DNA from: the human T2T-CHM13v2.0 reference genome, Homo sapiens
Strand: one strand, 5' to 3'
DNA length: 64,000 nucleotides
Assembly: GCF_009914755.1 (NCBI RefSeq)
Contig: NC_060931.1
This document shows, piece by piece, positions 1 to 13,091 of this stretch; positions within the stretch are counted from its first letter, which is position 1, and each line of letters opens with the position of its first letter. The notes under the pieces were generated by a model that worked only from the letters and a program-made list of their open reading frames with translations, was not told where the DNA came from and did not search any database. Made by a program: the position numbers and the translations under genes.

Positions 1-3000
1 AAGGGAAGCATTACGGTTAAAGCTGAAGCCCCTGAATTTTAAAGTCAATGACTTAATAGAGAAAATCCCAAACTTCAACTGTTGATAGTAAATGCAAATG
101 TTAATACAACTACATTATTTAGGAACTGACTGACACTTTAGTCTACAAATGTAACAGTCATGATTAAGGGACAACTATTTTTCAAACTGTTATTTCTTAG
201 CTTTTAAGGAATTATAACTATTAAGGAGAAAGACCTAGTGGTGGGAGGCGGAGGGTGTGGTGAGCTGAGATCTCAGCACTGCACTCCAGCCTGAGCGACA
301 GAGGGAGACTCCATCTCAAACAAAGGAACAAAAAACAACAAAACAAACAAAACCGGGTGGCTTCATTACCACACCCACTACTTGTTGGAGAAAACTTCCC
401 TGACTCCCCCAGGCAAAGCTGAAATCATTCCTCTACTCCTATAGGCCAACTTTCTCACTGTTCTTAATCTAATTGTATTGAACCTATCTGTATATATGTT
501 TGAATTTCACACATGACTCTAAGGCCTTTGATAGCAAAGAATATTTTTTGTTGAACTCAAACTTCTAACAATTCACATAAAATAAGGGAAAGAATTTATC
601 CCTAACAGATGTTGTTTAGTAAAACAGCCAGAAGCCACAGAAAATACACTTTAAGAATTACCAAATTAGGAAAACCCTAACTCAGAGACTTACTCGGGAA
701 AGCAATTTTCTGAGGTTTTAATTTCCGCATGTGGCATTCCTAAGCTGGAATCATCCTATCACTAAGACAATGTTAGGGACACAGAAAACAGAGAATAGGA
801 AGAAAAATTAACTGCCATACTAGACAGAAAAACAAATTATCAAGACTTTATTTCCGCTAATCAAAGCCTTGTCTCTCAAGTATCAGAGTGATTCTCAAGG
901 GGAAGGAGGGCTGTGGTCCCCTGGTGGAAGGGGGGACATGTGGAAATTTGTGATACTAGTCATGGTTATCACAAACTTTGCAGAAGCCAGGGAAGAAAAG
1001 AGTCTGTCATGTACAGGACAGTCTGATACAATGAGGAAATGTCCTTCGCTCTGACTTTTGAATAAAAGGACAAATCTATTTACAAATAGCTAGGCACCTA
1101 ATTTAACTCTTAAAACACATCAACACAAAGTCATCTTTGCACAGTTTTAATATATATTAAAATTTTCAGGAACTTAGCAGTATATAAATTCAAGGGGGAT
1201 TTTGTTAAAAGTCATCAGATATGTGAACACAGGCACCCAACACTATATACTTTTTCCTCCTTCACTTTTGTTTTTCAGATACCATCCTAACTAGGTATCA
1301 GGGCAAGGTGGTAGCCTCACTTCAGTTCTTTAATACTATATGTTCAATGTTTTGTCCCTTATTAGTAATGCATAGTTCAAAGTGTGGTGCCTGATTTGCA
1401 CTTGAATAAACAGCATACCCAAGTAATATGGAAGGAGTGGTGTCCAGATCTGTTCAGAGCCACTCTGCGTGATTTCCCCCTCTAGCCTGTCAAGTGCAGG
1501 CAGTACTGGTTACAGAAAACAAGATAGTTGCTTGTGTTTCCAAATGTTATGACTACTTTGTATATCCTTTAATTTCTCAAATCCATCCTCTCTAATCATT
1601 TTCTCTTGGACAATTATAACATTATCTTAATTCCTCTCCTTGTCCACTTTCTCATCCTATTTGGTAGCTAACCATTAAGTAAATGTTGTTTCTTAAACTG
1701 CAAATCTGATATGCCAGGGACTGCAGAGAAGTACTAGTTTCTCAAAAGTGTGCCAAGTCTCAGCGTTAAAGGGACTGAGAGGACGGAGCACTAACCCTGC
1801 TTAAGAAAACAGAAACACAAAAGGAAAAACAACAACAACCCCACCTTACCCCCAAAATAACAAAAACTGGCAATGGCAGGAAGGGAAAAGCAAAATGGCC
1901 ATCCTCTCTGAGTCATCTTTGACCCCCTGCCCTCCTCTCCAATGGCATCCAATGCCTTTCCCCTGACATAAACCTTATTCTACTTATATAATAGATACAG
2001 TTCTCTGGGCAAAGCATACCAGTTCACATCCAGTATCCGTTTGTTTATGCCACTCTCTTTGCCTGGAATGTTACCATGTTAAAGTACCCTCTTCAATCAA
2101 GTTGTTCTCAAAGGTCCCAAGATCCAAATCCTACACTCCTTATCTTATTAGATTTCTGTCAAATTTTAACACTTTACTATTTATTGGCTTGTATTTGTAT
2201 CTCTCCTACAGCTTAAAGCTCCTTGAAACAGAGATTTTATTTTTTGTTTTTGTATCTCAAGTGTTCGGTATGTAATATAAACACACAAGAAGTGTATATT
2301 GGTGCTTGGAAGAATCTGCAGATTCTAGACATGGGTGGAGGTCCAGGATCCCTTAAGAAACTGATAAAAACTTCCGATGCAGTGCCCAAGGAACTTCACA
2401 TAGGAATTCCTGAAGGGCAATCATGAATCCCTAGAGAATCCATTCCCTCTAGTTTTAGAACCCCGCTTTTGAACCAAAGTATAGTCCAGAGGAATACTCA
2501 AGCACATGCCCGCGCCCCCCGCCCCACACCTCTGTAATTCTAAGTTTTCAAGTCACTTTTGAATACCGTAATATAAATGCATACGTTTTGGTTTTTTCTC
2601 TCCCCAAAGCAACAGGCTCACTAGTTCGACTGAATAAATCTTCTTAAAAACAACAAAATCCCGCTAAACTAATGGCATTTTCATAATCCCCAGATCAGGT
2701 CCAAGAGAAGAGAAAATGGGGAAATTACCAGAGCGAAATCCAACAACAAAAAAGGTCCTTCGTGTTTTACAAATAGAACGGTTGTACTAATGCTTCGTAT
2801 GCTATCTTCTATGGAATGAGAATCTACTCAAGCACTGCAAACCAGATTTTTATTGTCAAATGAGAAAGCATCATCCGTAAGGGGATAAATGAAACGTTGA
2901 ATGCCAAACAGAACTGGGCCTACTAGGTCTCCAGATCCCTGGTCTTTTCCTACCCCTACACCAGGGTTCTGGAGCAAGAATCTCCACTCCCTCCGCCCAC

Positions 3001-3232
3001 ACCTGAACTTCATCTTTAAGTTTTCTTCTCTATCTATGAAAGGGACCCTGTATAGATCTTTACCAGAGCGGTACTGGCCTTGAGGGACGGATCGCGACTC
3101 TAGAAATCCAGGGGGCTAAGCTCTGGGGGGCAATGCGACCTTTGCCATTTGCCCCTTTCTGCTGCGTCGTCAGCACATCCACCTGCTTTACTTCCCGTGC
3201 ACAAAAGAAGGAACAGGCAAAGAGATCGGTAC
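1..3232 (-). other. POLR1F: POLR1F intron 1 (partial; continues beyond the left edge)
   Basis: Starts at the GT donor 3232-3231. I found no exon continuing the RPA43 sequence (recalled as SLLGVPIAYD...) in 1-3232. Confidence 0.85.
243..352 (+). mobile_element. Alu right-arm 3' fragment with degenerate A/C tail
   Basis: gggaggcggag...cactgcactccagcctgagcgacagagggagactccatctcaaa. Confidence 0.85.
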
Positions 3233-3745
3233 CTCTCAGAATAGCGAAGGAGCTCCGCATCAAGCTGTTCTCGAATGCCGGTGCGTTTCCTGTTAAGGTA
3301 GCGGGGCGACAGCGCGATGTGCCTTTGGTGCGGCCCGGCCACCAGGCATGAGTAGCGACTGTTCACCAGCGCACAAGCAGCGGCATAAGTCGGCAACTCT
3401 AGGCAAGGCAGGACGCCAGCCTGCCCTACCAGAGACCCATCAGAAGCCGCCGCTGGCCGCGGCGCCTCTGAGCAACCTGCAGCCATGCTGCTTGTCAAGG
3501 TTCCCACGGCGCGCGCCGTTGACGCAAGCACAATCCCATGTCCCCGACGCTCGTTTTACGCCATCCACCAACGACCACGCCCCTAGGAATTTCCCCTCTT
3601 TTCGCTGCATTACGCAGCCCTGACCAGCAGGGGGAACCGCGTTTTCGCGCTTCGAGAACGGGAGCTTAGAGCCTCGGAAATGCATTGAGCACGCAGGAAA
3701 GCCAACCGACTGCTCTTTTAAGGGCAGGCGAATGTGTGTTTTCGC
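3060..3745. promoter_or_regulatory. CpG island / POLR1F promoter
   Basis: The only CpG-dense, GC-rich stretch in the window; it overlaps exon 1. It contains an E2F-type TTTCGCGC (3643-3650), CRE-like TGACGCAA (3520-3527), CTCF-like CCAGCAGGGGGA (3624-3635) and the palindrome ACGGCGCGCGCCGT (3506-3519). Confidence 0.85.
3233..3486 (-). CDS. POLR1F: POLR1F (TWISTNB, RNA polymerase I subunit RPA43), coding part of exon 1
   Basis: Minus-strand ATG at 3486 in strong Kozak context (agcATGG). It translates MAAGCSEAPRPAAASDGSLVGQAGVLPCLELPTYAAACALVNSRYSCLVAGPHQRHIALSPRYLNRKRTGIREQLDAELLRYSE, which I recognise as the human RPA43 N-terminus. It ends at donor GAG AG|gtaccg (254 nt, phase 2). Confidence 0.96.
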
Positions 3746-5229
3746 ACAGAGGCTTATTGGATTAAGTAGGTAGCTTAAAAATGGGGGTTCTCACTTTGAT
3801 CATTTCCAGTAGTGAGGTGGGTTTGGTAGAATTTTACAGGCTTGGACTGTACAATAAAAAATCAAAATATTTATGGAGTATATTTTATGCAGTACACGGA
3901 ATCCTAAGCAGGCCTGATAATTGTAATGCAACGCATCTGAAAACGAACCCACTAGTTCTCTCCTGTCCCGCTTCTCTTCTCATTATGCAACTGCTAAATC
4001 AGGGAATCATACAGCCAAGCTGTCAGCCTCGGATCCTCTTTTGTATCCCCAAGTATCAAATCAGCCTGAAGACCTGTATTGCCCAAAGTGGAAATATCAT
4101 TCTATTTGGACACTATTCTCTTTCCCTGCCGCCAAAACCGCAGGACTCCCTGCCTGTGGAAGCCTAGCTCAATGGTCAGGAGGACACTCTGGGGCAGCCA
4201 GATCTTCCCTGAAATACATATGATCGTGTTGTGCCCTGTTTAAGCCCTACATAGGCACCCCATTTTCTCTAGGACAACACAAACTCCTGAAAATGGCTTA
4301 TAAGTTACAAGGCCATTTTGTGATCTGCGTGGGCACACAGCCTCTCTCTTCAGCTTCATTTGTCACACTCCCCACCCTAATATTATCATGCTGCTTGATC
4401 TACTTTCAGGTCTCTCTTTGTGCAGTCTCACGCTGTTCCTTCCACCAGGGAATATAATAGCATTTTTCACAAGGGTAAATTCTACTCATGTATGAATTTC
4501 TAGCTTAGATTTTACATTCTATACCTTTGCAAAGAGTTTTCAAGCACCCCACTCCTCTTTCTCTATAAGGATTAGGTAGTTACCCATCTATGTTGGTTTT
4601 TATGTTAATTTTTTATTAACTGTCTTTGCTTGCCTGTTCCATCAATAGATTCCTACACTCACTAAAGTGGGGACCATAATATCTGTATTGTTCACTACAG
4701 TAGCCCCCCACAATTTATCCCTCCTCCAAAGAAACGAAACCAAGAAAAACCCAACCAATACATCTTGAATGAATAACCTGATAGTGAGTTAATAAATAAT
4801 AAGTGATAAAGAGCTCACAGCCTAAGTGGAAGTGGGATCTAAACATAAGCATATAACAGGTTATGCTGGATAAGTGCCAAGAGAAATGTATAGCAGTGAT
4901 GTGAGTATTAACATACTCCCTCATCTCCTAAATACTGCAAAAAGCCTCTTAGCCTCTCTAAACCTGATTTCTGACTTGTAAAATACGAAAAATAATACTT
5001 GCCATGCTACCTTAGAGAGATGATAGGAGGGTCAAACAAGATAAATAAAAGGCATTTTCTTTAATATTCCTTAAATAACTGCAAACTCAGCATGAGATGA
5101 TAGTGGGATGAGACTGCCCCCAAAACCTAATAGTAGACACTTTTAAGTCCATAAATGGGAAACATAATGGCTTTTACCTTCATTTTGTTGCAAAGTCCTG
5201 TGATACCCCTGTGCAGGACCCTTTTGTTC

Positions 5230-5365
5230 AATGTGCTCAAACTTGGCTAAACAATGAAGTCACCTAAGGTGAGGAGCTTTAAGAACTCCTGATGCCCGGA
5301 TGACATCACAGATCAATTCAATCAAAACCTCTCCAGGTGACTACACCTTACAGTCAAGATGGATC
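5230..5365. mobile_element. MER5-like hAT-Charlie DNA transposon remnant
   Basis: ctcaaacttggct...tcacct...gagcttt...tgatgccc...ctccaggtga resembles the recalled MER5A consensus. Confidence 0.5.
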
Positions 5366-6272
5366 TAGACTGGCTGTAAGTGATTTGAATGAAAACAATT
5401 TGGCCAAGAAAGAATTTAGTAAAAAACAAGCTGGACATCATGACAATTTGATCAAAACAAAACGTTACCTGAAATCAAATATTCCAGTAATAATCTTTCA
5501 CAACTAGTAAATGTAGTGCACCCATGCAGTAGTTTTGTAACCCTAGGTATGTCCAGTTGCAGTTAGAAGTTTGCTTGTTTAAATTTTGAAACTGATTTTC
5601 TCATTTTCAGTTTTAAAAATTCTGACTTGATCATTAGCTGCTATCCATGCTCTGCATGATTTGAGAGCGAACAAGGTGATTCTGCCTGCATGCCAGTGTT
5701 CACCATTGTGGGGTTACTTTACAAATTAACCTGCTCCACCTTCGACACAGGGAAGAAAACAGAAATAACCATGAGTTCCTCCTACCTACCCTACCCTGCA
5801 GACATATACAAAGTTTATTTGTTCAAAGACCTGTAGTTGAACTGAACCATTTTATTTTTCTCTAAAATTTGTCCAAGTTCCACAAAAAGTAAGGCATTGG
5901 TGGTCCCTGTCTCATGAAAAGCTCTGTCAAGTCAAAGGCAATGTGCTGAGAAGATCTTCATTCTACAAGGAGGAGAAAGAAAGTTAGAAATAATTTTGAC
6001 CCCATGACCAATGGCCTCAGAGGAAGAGAGAGAAAATTTCCTGTGCAACTGTCTGTATTATTTTATCACTGACCTTGCCACCTCCAGCATGCACACACAT
6101 ATACCTTATTATATTAGTGTGTTTCTATTCCTCACAATCAGATAATCCCTGGAGCAACATAAATGTGCAAAAATTGGTGGTTTGCTGAAATAAATAATGG
6201 TGGTTACAAAGTAATATGTGACATATGCTCTGATTGTTACAGAACACATGCACATTTATATGCTTAGAAAAA

Positions 6273-6790
6273 AATCATGGGGCACATGATTGTATTCATG
6301 CATCTAGGTCAACAACAGCTGATCTATATGACGGTGGCCCTGTAAGTTTATAATGCCATGTCTTTTTACTGTATCGTTTCTATGTTTAGATATACTTAGT
6401 TGCACAAATACTTGCTACTGTGTTACGGTTTCCTACAGTATTCAGTACAGTAACAGGCTGTCCAGGTTTGTAGACCAGGAGCAATAGGCTACAGGCTATT
6501 TATCAACCAGCTAAATAGCAATAGGCTATTTATCAATCAAGGAATCTAACCCAGGCATGACTTATGCCATAACTTATCCTTTCAATTACTAAAGAGCTTC
6601 ACATTTTCTATGTACATGACCAAAGCTGATAAAGGAGGAGATTAGCATAGCACATCATATAGCGTAAGTGTGTAGTAAGGTATGTCATCTGGATTTATGT
6701 AAGTATGCTCTATGATGTTCATGCAATGATGAAATTGCCTCATTATGCATTTCTCAGAATGTATCCTTGTCATTAAGCGACACATGTCTA
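6273..6790 (+). mobile_element. Tigger3a/MER7A-like MITE interrupted by an insertion at about 6492-6652
   Basis: Matches the recalled consensus (gacggtggccc..., cctacagtattcagtacagtaaca..., ggagcaataggcta | catatagc...gcatttctcagaatgtatcc...ttaagcgacacatg). Confidence 0.8.
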
Positions 6791-6958
6791 TACCATATGT
6801 TAAAGTTAGTCATCTCTTGAGTATGAATTTATACTTTCCTTTTATTTTTGTGAATTTTTATATATTATTTTAATGTTTATACAGAAAAAAATCAGAAACT
6901 TAATCAGAAGATTTAAGTTGTTACAGGACATACTCTAGTTTTAGATGATTTAATAGTG

Positions 6959-7038
6959 TTGGTTGGTGCAAAAGTAATTGTGGGTTTTGCCATTACTCTT
7001 AGTGGGAAAAATGACGCTTACTTTTGCACCAGCCTTAA
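6959..7038. mobile_element. MADE1 (Hsmar1-derived 80-bp palindromic MITE)
   Basis: ggttggtgcaaaagtaattg...ttacttttgcaccagcc: terminal inverted repeats with a short spacer. Confidence 0.9.
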
Positions 7039-7044
7039 TACAAG

Positions 7045-7190
7045 GAGAAGAGCCTCCTAGATGCTAAAGTCACATTGCTTGAGTTCAGATCCTGGCTCTG
7101 TCACTTACTAGATGTGTGATGTTAGGCACATTTCTTTCGTTTTTCAAAAAGCTAAAATTATTACAGTAGGATTATGTGAAGATGGAATCA
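7045..7190 (+). mobile_element. MIR SINE fragment
   Basis: gagttcagatcctggctctgtcacttactagatgtgtgat is the MIR core. Confidence 0.65.
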
Positions 7191-7264
7191 GACAGGAATT
7201 TTTGACTATATGTAATGGTTTGCATAAAAAATTCCTATAAAGAGCATTCCATGAAAAATGTCAT

Positions 7265-7540
7265 TGTATCAGTTAGCTTTTGCTGCATAACAAACTATCC
7301 TCAAATGTAGTGGCTTTAAATAAAACTATTAATTTAACTCATAATTCTATGGGTACAAATTTGGGCAGCACTCAGTTGGGTTCACTTGTGCATCTGTCCT
7401 CATGTGTGGCCCCATGTGTCTGGTGTTCCAGCAGGCTAGAGTGAGCTTGCTCTCCTGGCAGCTATGCAGATTTCCAAGATAGAGCAGGAAGCACACAAGA
7501 CCTTCTGTCTAGACTCTAGAACTTCCACAATGTCAATCCA
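7265..7540 (-). mobile_element. MLT1-family (ERVL-MaLR) LTR fragment
   Basis: Begins tgtatcagttagcttttgctgcataacaaac...tagtggcttt, the typical reverse complement of an MLT1 3' end. Confidence 0.7.
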
Positions 7541-8579
7541 ATGTATGGGGTACATCTGATCTCATGTACTTTGTTCTTTGCCTCAGAGAGGCTCAGAAGC
7601 TTCTTCTGTCATATATCAGGGGTATATACGTCCCTAGGAATGCCCACCCTGGATAAAGAGCAATACTAGTACTGACAGGAAGGATTTAATCACACTTATA
7701 TGACTGTTTATATCAAATTGGTGGAATGAGTGATGAGTGTCAACATCACAATGACCAACATTATCACAGGTAAACTTTACTACAAACCTGCCAGATGCTA
7801 TGCCAAGTGCCCTAGGTAAATCACTGACAGATAATCTTTATGAATTGATTACACTAATGACATATATTTACAAGCGAGAAGCCTGTATTCTAAAAGAAAT
7901 GTCAGCCTCATGATGGTAGCTATCCTCTCTGTATTGCTAACAGTCATATGCCCAGGGCCTAATGCGTACTCCTTGAGTGAATGAACCAATGACTTTCCCA
8001 AGAATACCCAGCGATTTATCAATAAAGGAATCTAACCCAGGCATGAGTTATCCCATAATTTATGCTTTGAATCACTAAAGATCCTCACTTTTTCTATGTC
8101 TATATCAAAAACTGATGAAGAAGGAAATTGTAAAAATTGATGGTTTATTTTATTTAGTCTCTGCCTAGAAAAGTGCTAAGGTAAGATATTTGACCAAATT
8201 GGTAAATATTAACATTTTAGTAGGATTGGAAAGGTGTCAAACAAGCACCAGTTTTAGCCGAAATATATATAATACAGGGTACATCAACCAAATGTTTGTT
8301 GATGCAGACCACTTGTGTTTCACAAATTTGCCAGCAGATGGCAAAAATGAGCTTAAATTTGTAAAGTTTTGCTTTAGCTTAAGGACTGTAGAAATGACAA
8401 AAGTGAAGGGAAACTTTATTGATGGCTTGTTTTTATCTACAATCCTTCTTCAACAGAGAACTTAGGATAAATTTTTGACTCTGAAGGCTCCTTCTACTTG
8501 CTTGTTAGATTGTTGACACTACATGATACACATGTGCCTAAAGAGAATGAGGAAATATATTAACAGAGCACATTATATT

Positions 8580-8580
<1 letters not shown>

Positions 8581-8632
<52 letters not shown>
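8581..8632. repeat. (CA)n microsatellite
   Basis: Roughly 24 uninterrupted CA units. Confidence 0.98.
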
Positions 8633-8633
<1 letters not shown>

Positions 8634-10424
8634 CGTTTAAACCTGAGCTTTAAAATATGGACCTAAATAAAGTCATGCCAATTTTTTAGCTCCTGATGTT
8701 ACAATTATCTATCTAGGTAAAAGCCAAGAAGGCAACTGCCTAGCACTTTGGATGAAAGATGTCAGCTAGAAAGGATTAGCTTAAATAATAAAATAAATTT
8801 GAGGTGTGTGAGTGTGTACGAGTCTGCGTACATGTAGATGTGAGCACTGATGACTGCTTCTAGAGGTTGGGAAGAGGTAAACAAGGTATCTCAAGGGGGT
8901 GAGTCTACTTTAGGAGGACAAGATGCCATCTGTATTTATTGTCCTCTTACAAAAACTAGTGTTAGTATTTCTTCTAAGCCCTATTTCCTCTCTAATCAGA
9001 CCTTTCTGCAATCAAATTTCAACATCCTCCTTTCAAGTTTTTCAAATCCAGTGAATTAAGCTAATACAATTGGCTGTGATGCTTGCAAGGGTGACTGTGG
9101 AAATTCTCATTTACTTCCACCTGTCTTTTGCTCAGTGCAGAATAGAAATAGAAAACAGTTTTCTTTTTTATATTTTGAAGATTACTTTAATGCTGTAGTT
9201 TAATAAAGCACTTGCTGACTGCAGAAACTGTGTAGATGTGAACTCCAAGATTCTTGACATTAAATAGTTCCGAAGAATGTGGTACGGAAAGTTTGAGGGT
9301 GGTAATTAAAAAAATGAAATTTAGATGCAGTGCCTTTTGATACACAATTTACTCTGAAGTGCCCAAACACAATTTATATTAATGTATCATATTCTAGACT
9401 TCCCGTTACAGCTACAGGGTGCTTAATACACCTATGCTTTGGAAATTATTATAGTTATGAATTTATCGTTGTCCAATGGCAAAGTGAACTTGCCCAGTTG
9501 TGAAAAATGCCCTGCAGGAATTTACAAATTAAGTCATTACTTTAAGGCCACAGTTGTTAGTAAAATATCTGAAAGTCCAAAATTTGCACTGAGTAGGATA
9601 GACTAATGAATAAAATGAAAGACTAATGAATAAAAGAAAGCTACTCGATTTCTTTGTGTCTCACTTTGCCTTGATATTCTTTGTTGTGATTCCTGTTTTC
9701 TTGTACCATATTGGCTTTAGGGTGATACTGACAGTATTAACTCCGCTTGAAAAAAACCTTTTCTCCTGAAATCTTTGGCACAGTCGAATAGACTAAACTG
9801 GATGTTTAAAAGTAGGACAAAAAAAACACCAGAGCCTACCAGAAATGAACATATCTTTAATATAAGGGCATAATTTTTTTCATGACCAAATTAGTTTTCT
9901 CTATAGCCTACAGGTCCAAGCACCTTATCAATAAAGCCTAGGGGAAAAGTGATCTTGTTTCCGTTTCTGTTACAGCTTTCTGCCTGTCTCCAATGACCTC
10001 CTAGATTTTCCATCCTCTTTATATTCAAGGTTTATGGAGCTCAAGTTTTCTTTCAGTTGGCTGAAATCTTTTCTTTGAATTCCTATTTTCAATATGTGTA
10101 CATACTTGCTGGCCAGGTGACTAAAACAGTCGCTTCTCTCACTAGCTGCTGCTGCCTCAGTGACTAAAGCTGGATTTCAATTGGCTGATTCAGGAGTAGG
10201 GAGTTTTGTTAAACAAACTCAAGTGCCTAGAGTGAAATGACTGAAGGTAGCTGTCAAAGCTTGACAACTGGAGAGATGAAGTCTCAGGTTCAAGTGCAGG
10301 GACCAGAAACTGAAATCAAGGCAGCATCACAGAACCAGAAATTTGAATCTAAAATCAAAAGAAGTAGATTAAATAAAGGAGAATGGTTCATATAGAGTTG
10401 GTTTGTTTTATGGACCTAAGCATG

Positions 10425-10426
<2 letters not shown>

Positions 10427-10460
<34 letters not shown>
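10427..10460. repeat. (GT)n microsatellite
   Basis: About 17 GT units. Confidence 0.97.
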
Positions 10461-10464
<4 letters not shown>

Positions 10465-11551
10465 CACATACATGTTATATGATTTGGCTGAATGGCTTTA
10501 AGATTCAGGAGTACCATCAGAAATGACCTCACTTTTCAGGTAAAATGATGTCTACCCACCTTTTTCTTATTTATTCTATTTCTTATTTCATGTTAAATAA
10601 GTGATGTTAATATCATAGAGGGATATTCACCTTTATAGATAATGTATATTATAATAGCATTTGCTAAATAGAGATTGACAAATGCTTATTTTCACCTGCT
10701 GTGCCACCATCATTTTGCTGGTAAATGGCAATAGGCTAATATTACCACTACTAAGTATATTGAGACTTGGAAACTTGACCTTCTCTCCAGCAATTCATTT
10801 TATTACAGAGAACATTGAGGCTTTTATTTTGTTTTTTGAGAGGTTGATAGAAGAATACTAATATACTTAGAAGATAGAAAGAGAAGTCTGGCTTTCAGAA
10901 GCCTTTTTGGATAGTAATGAAAGGAGTGGACATTTAGACTGCTATCTAAACAAGCCCTTAGAGTACTTCTATATTACACAGTTGAGTGTTATCTCATCCT
11001 TGGGCTGAGTTATAGTTCAGAGTGAGGGGTAGTGTTGGCTAATAGAGCCACCCCCAAAGGTATCAGTAGCTTTTCTTTCCTGGGCAATGACCCTAGCTAT
11101 TTCAAGGGATTTCTTTTAGTGTACCACACCCCCCAACTCCAACTCCAACTTCTGGGATGGATGCTGTAGAATGATTAGGTGGAGATCAACACCCTGATTG
11201 GGTACTAAGGAGCAGTCATGAGATTACTTGCAGCTAATACAACACTTGGTGAAATTTTAACAACATTTTAGATTTTTCTGTGAAGTTTCAGGCAAGTTCT
11301 AGAGTCTTCTTGGCGATTTTCAGTGGCATAATGACTTTCAGCTTTGGGGAAAGGCTTGCGATGTATTGTGTGGCTGAAGAAGGTGGAGCCTTTCAGTGAA
11401 GAAAATCTTGTGAAAACAATAGTCCCTAGTTGATGTGGAGAAAGGCAAAGATGGCAAGATTTCCAACTAAATGAAGGCCTTCTGCCTAAAATGAAGGAGT
11501 CTCTTTTCACTGTAATTCATTGATGTAAATAATATTGAAGTGTTCAAATAT

Positions 11552-11680
11552 TGAAATAATTTTATTCAAGCTATAGCTTGGTTTTTAAGCAATATATTAC
11601 TTGTGAAATGCATTTATGTTCCTAGTAAAGGACTCTTGTATTCAATAAATTGTTTTCCTGGCAAAGGGAGTAAAAAAGAA
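11552..11680 (+). repeat. 129-bp inverted repeat, left arm (donor of the copy at 12513-12641)
   Basis: Its reverse complement matches 12513-12641 at 125/129 positions without gaps. Confidence 0.97.
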
Positions 11681-12234
11681 ATTCCTCTGTATAATTTTGC
11701 TAGGCATCCACATTTCCAGCAATTTCTGAATTGGTTTCCCTTGCTATGAGTAACTGACAACCTGTGATTTATGGATTTGGAATAATTGAATTTCTTGGCC
11801 GTCATACACTTTGAGTAAGAAGTATTATATATGTTTCCAGAAAAAAATGACTAAAAGAAGAAAAGAGTGAAGTGATGCCAACTTCTGACATTTTATTTGG
11901 AAACAGTGTTCTAACTAAATGATACTTAAGATGCTCCTCTAAGTTTCTGAAATATGTTTGCTAAATAATCTTTGAAAATAGTTTGGGACATAAGGTTTTT
12001 AAATACACCATTTTTGAACTAAGTCAAAGAATAAAGTGGAGGACCATGTATTTGTTATTGTCACATCCCTAAACACAAGAAATGCAGGGTATCCTTTGAC
12101 ACATGTAATAGGTCGAGTAAAAATATTCAAAAATAGGGGTTACACAACATCTCATTTTGCTTGTCAAGCATATAATATTTAATAATTTAGTGGAATTTTT
12201 CTGAGCAGAACTTTTTAAATGTGAAATCTCTTAA

Positions 12235-12741
<507 letters not shown>

Positions 12742-12894
12742 CAGTTCATGGATTTATAATTGGTGCATCACCTTTCAAATTCCATGGAGTATTTACTAAC
12801 TCTTTTCATATTTTCAATTGTAATGATAATTGGTTAATTGTGCAAGAACTTGTACAAGGACTGAAGGAAATGGGAAGTTCCTATGTGCTTTTGA

Positions 12895-13091
12895 CTAGCA
12901 TTATCTAATGGATCTTTCTGAAATGATGGGGATATTCTGTAACTGTTGCCCATATATGTCTGTTTGACACTTTGAATATGGCTAGTTTGATGGAGAAACT
13001 GAAAAACAAAAATATTCTTTTGTTTTAATTAATTTATATTTAGATTTAAATAGTCACATGTGGATAGTGGCTACCATATTAGACAGTGTAG
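12895..13091. mobile_element. MER3-like hAT-Charlie element
   Basis: ctttctgaaatgatggggatattct...aatatggctagt...tttaaatagtcacatgtggatagtggctaccatattagacag. Confidence 0.75.

Noticed and set aside
1-3232. MicroRNA that I recall being annotated in POLR1F intron 1
   Set aside because: I found no matching hairpin in this part of the intron; it probably lies just outside the window.
3100-3531. 143-aa ORF as a single-exon protein
   Set aside because: It starts at GTG upstream of the true ATG (3486) and runs through the splice donor at 3232. Only 3233-3486 matches RPA43.
3133-3685. Overlapping ORFs on both strands in the CpG island
   Set aside because: These are expected from stop-codon scarcity in GC-rich DNA and show no recognisable protein features.
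9170-9560. Homeobox-motif-rich, repeat-free stretch as a distal enhancer
   Set aside because: TAAT/ATTA motifs are abundant by chance in AT-rich DNA, so the call cannot be supported without conservation or chromatin data.
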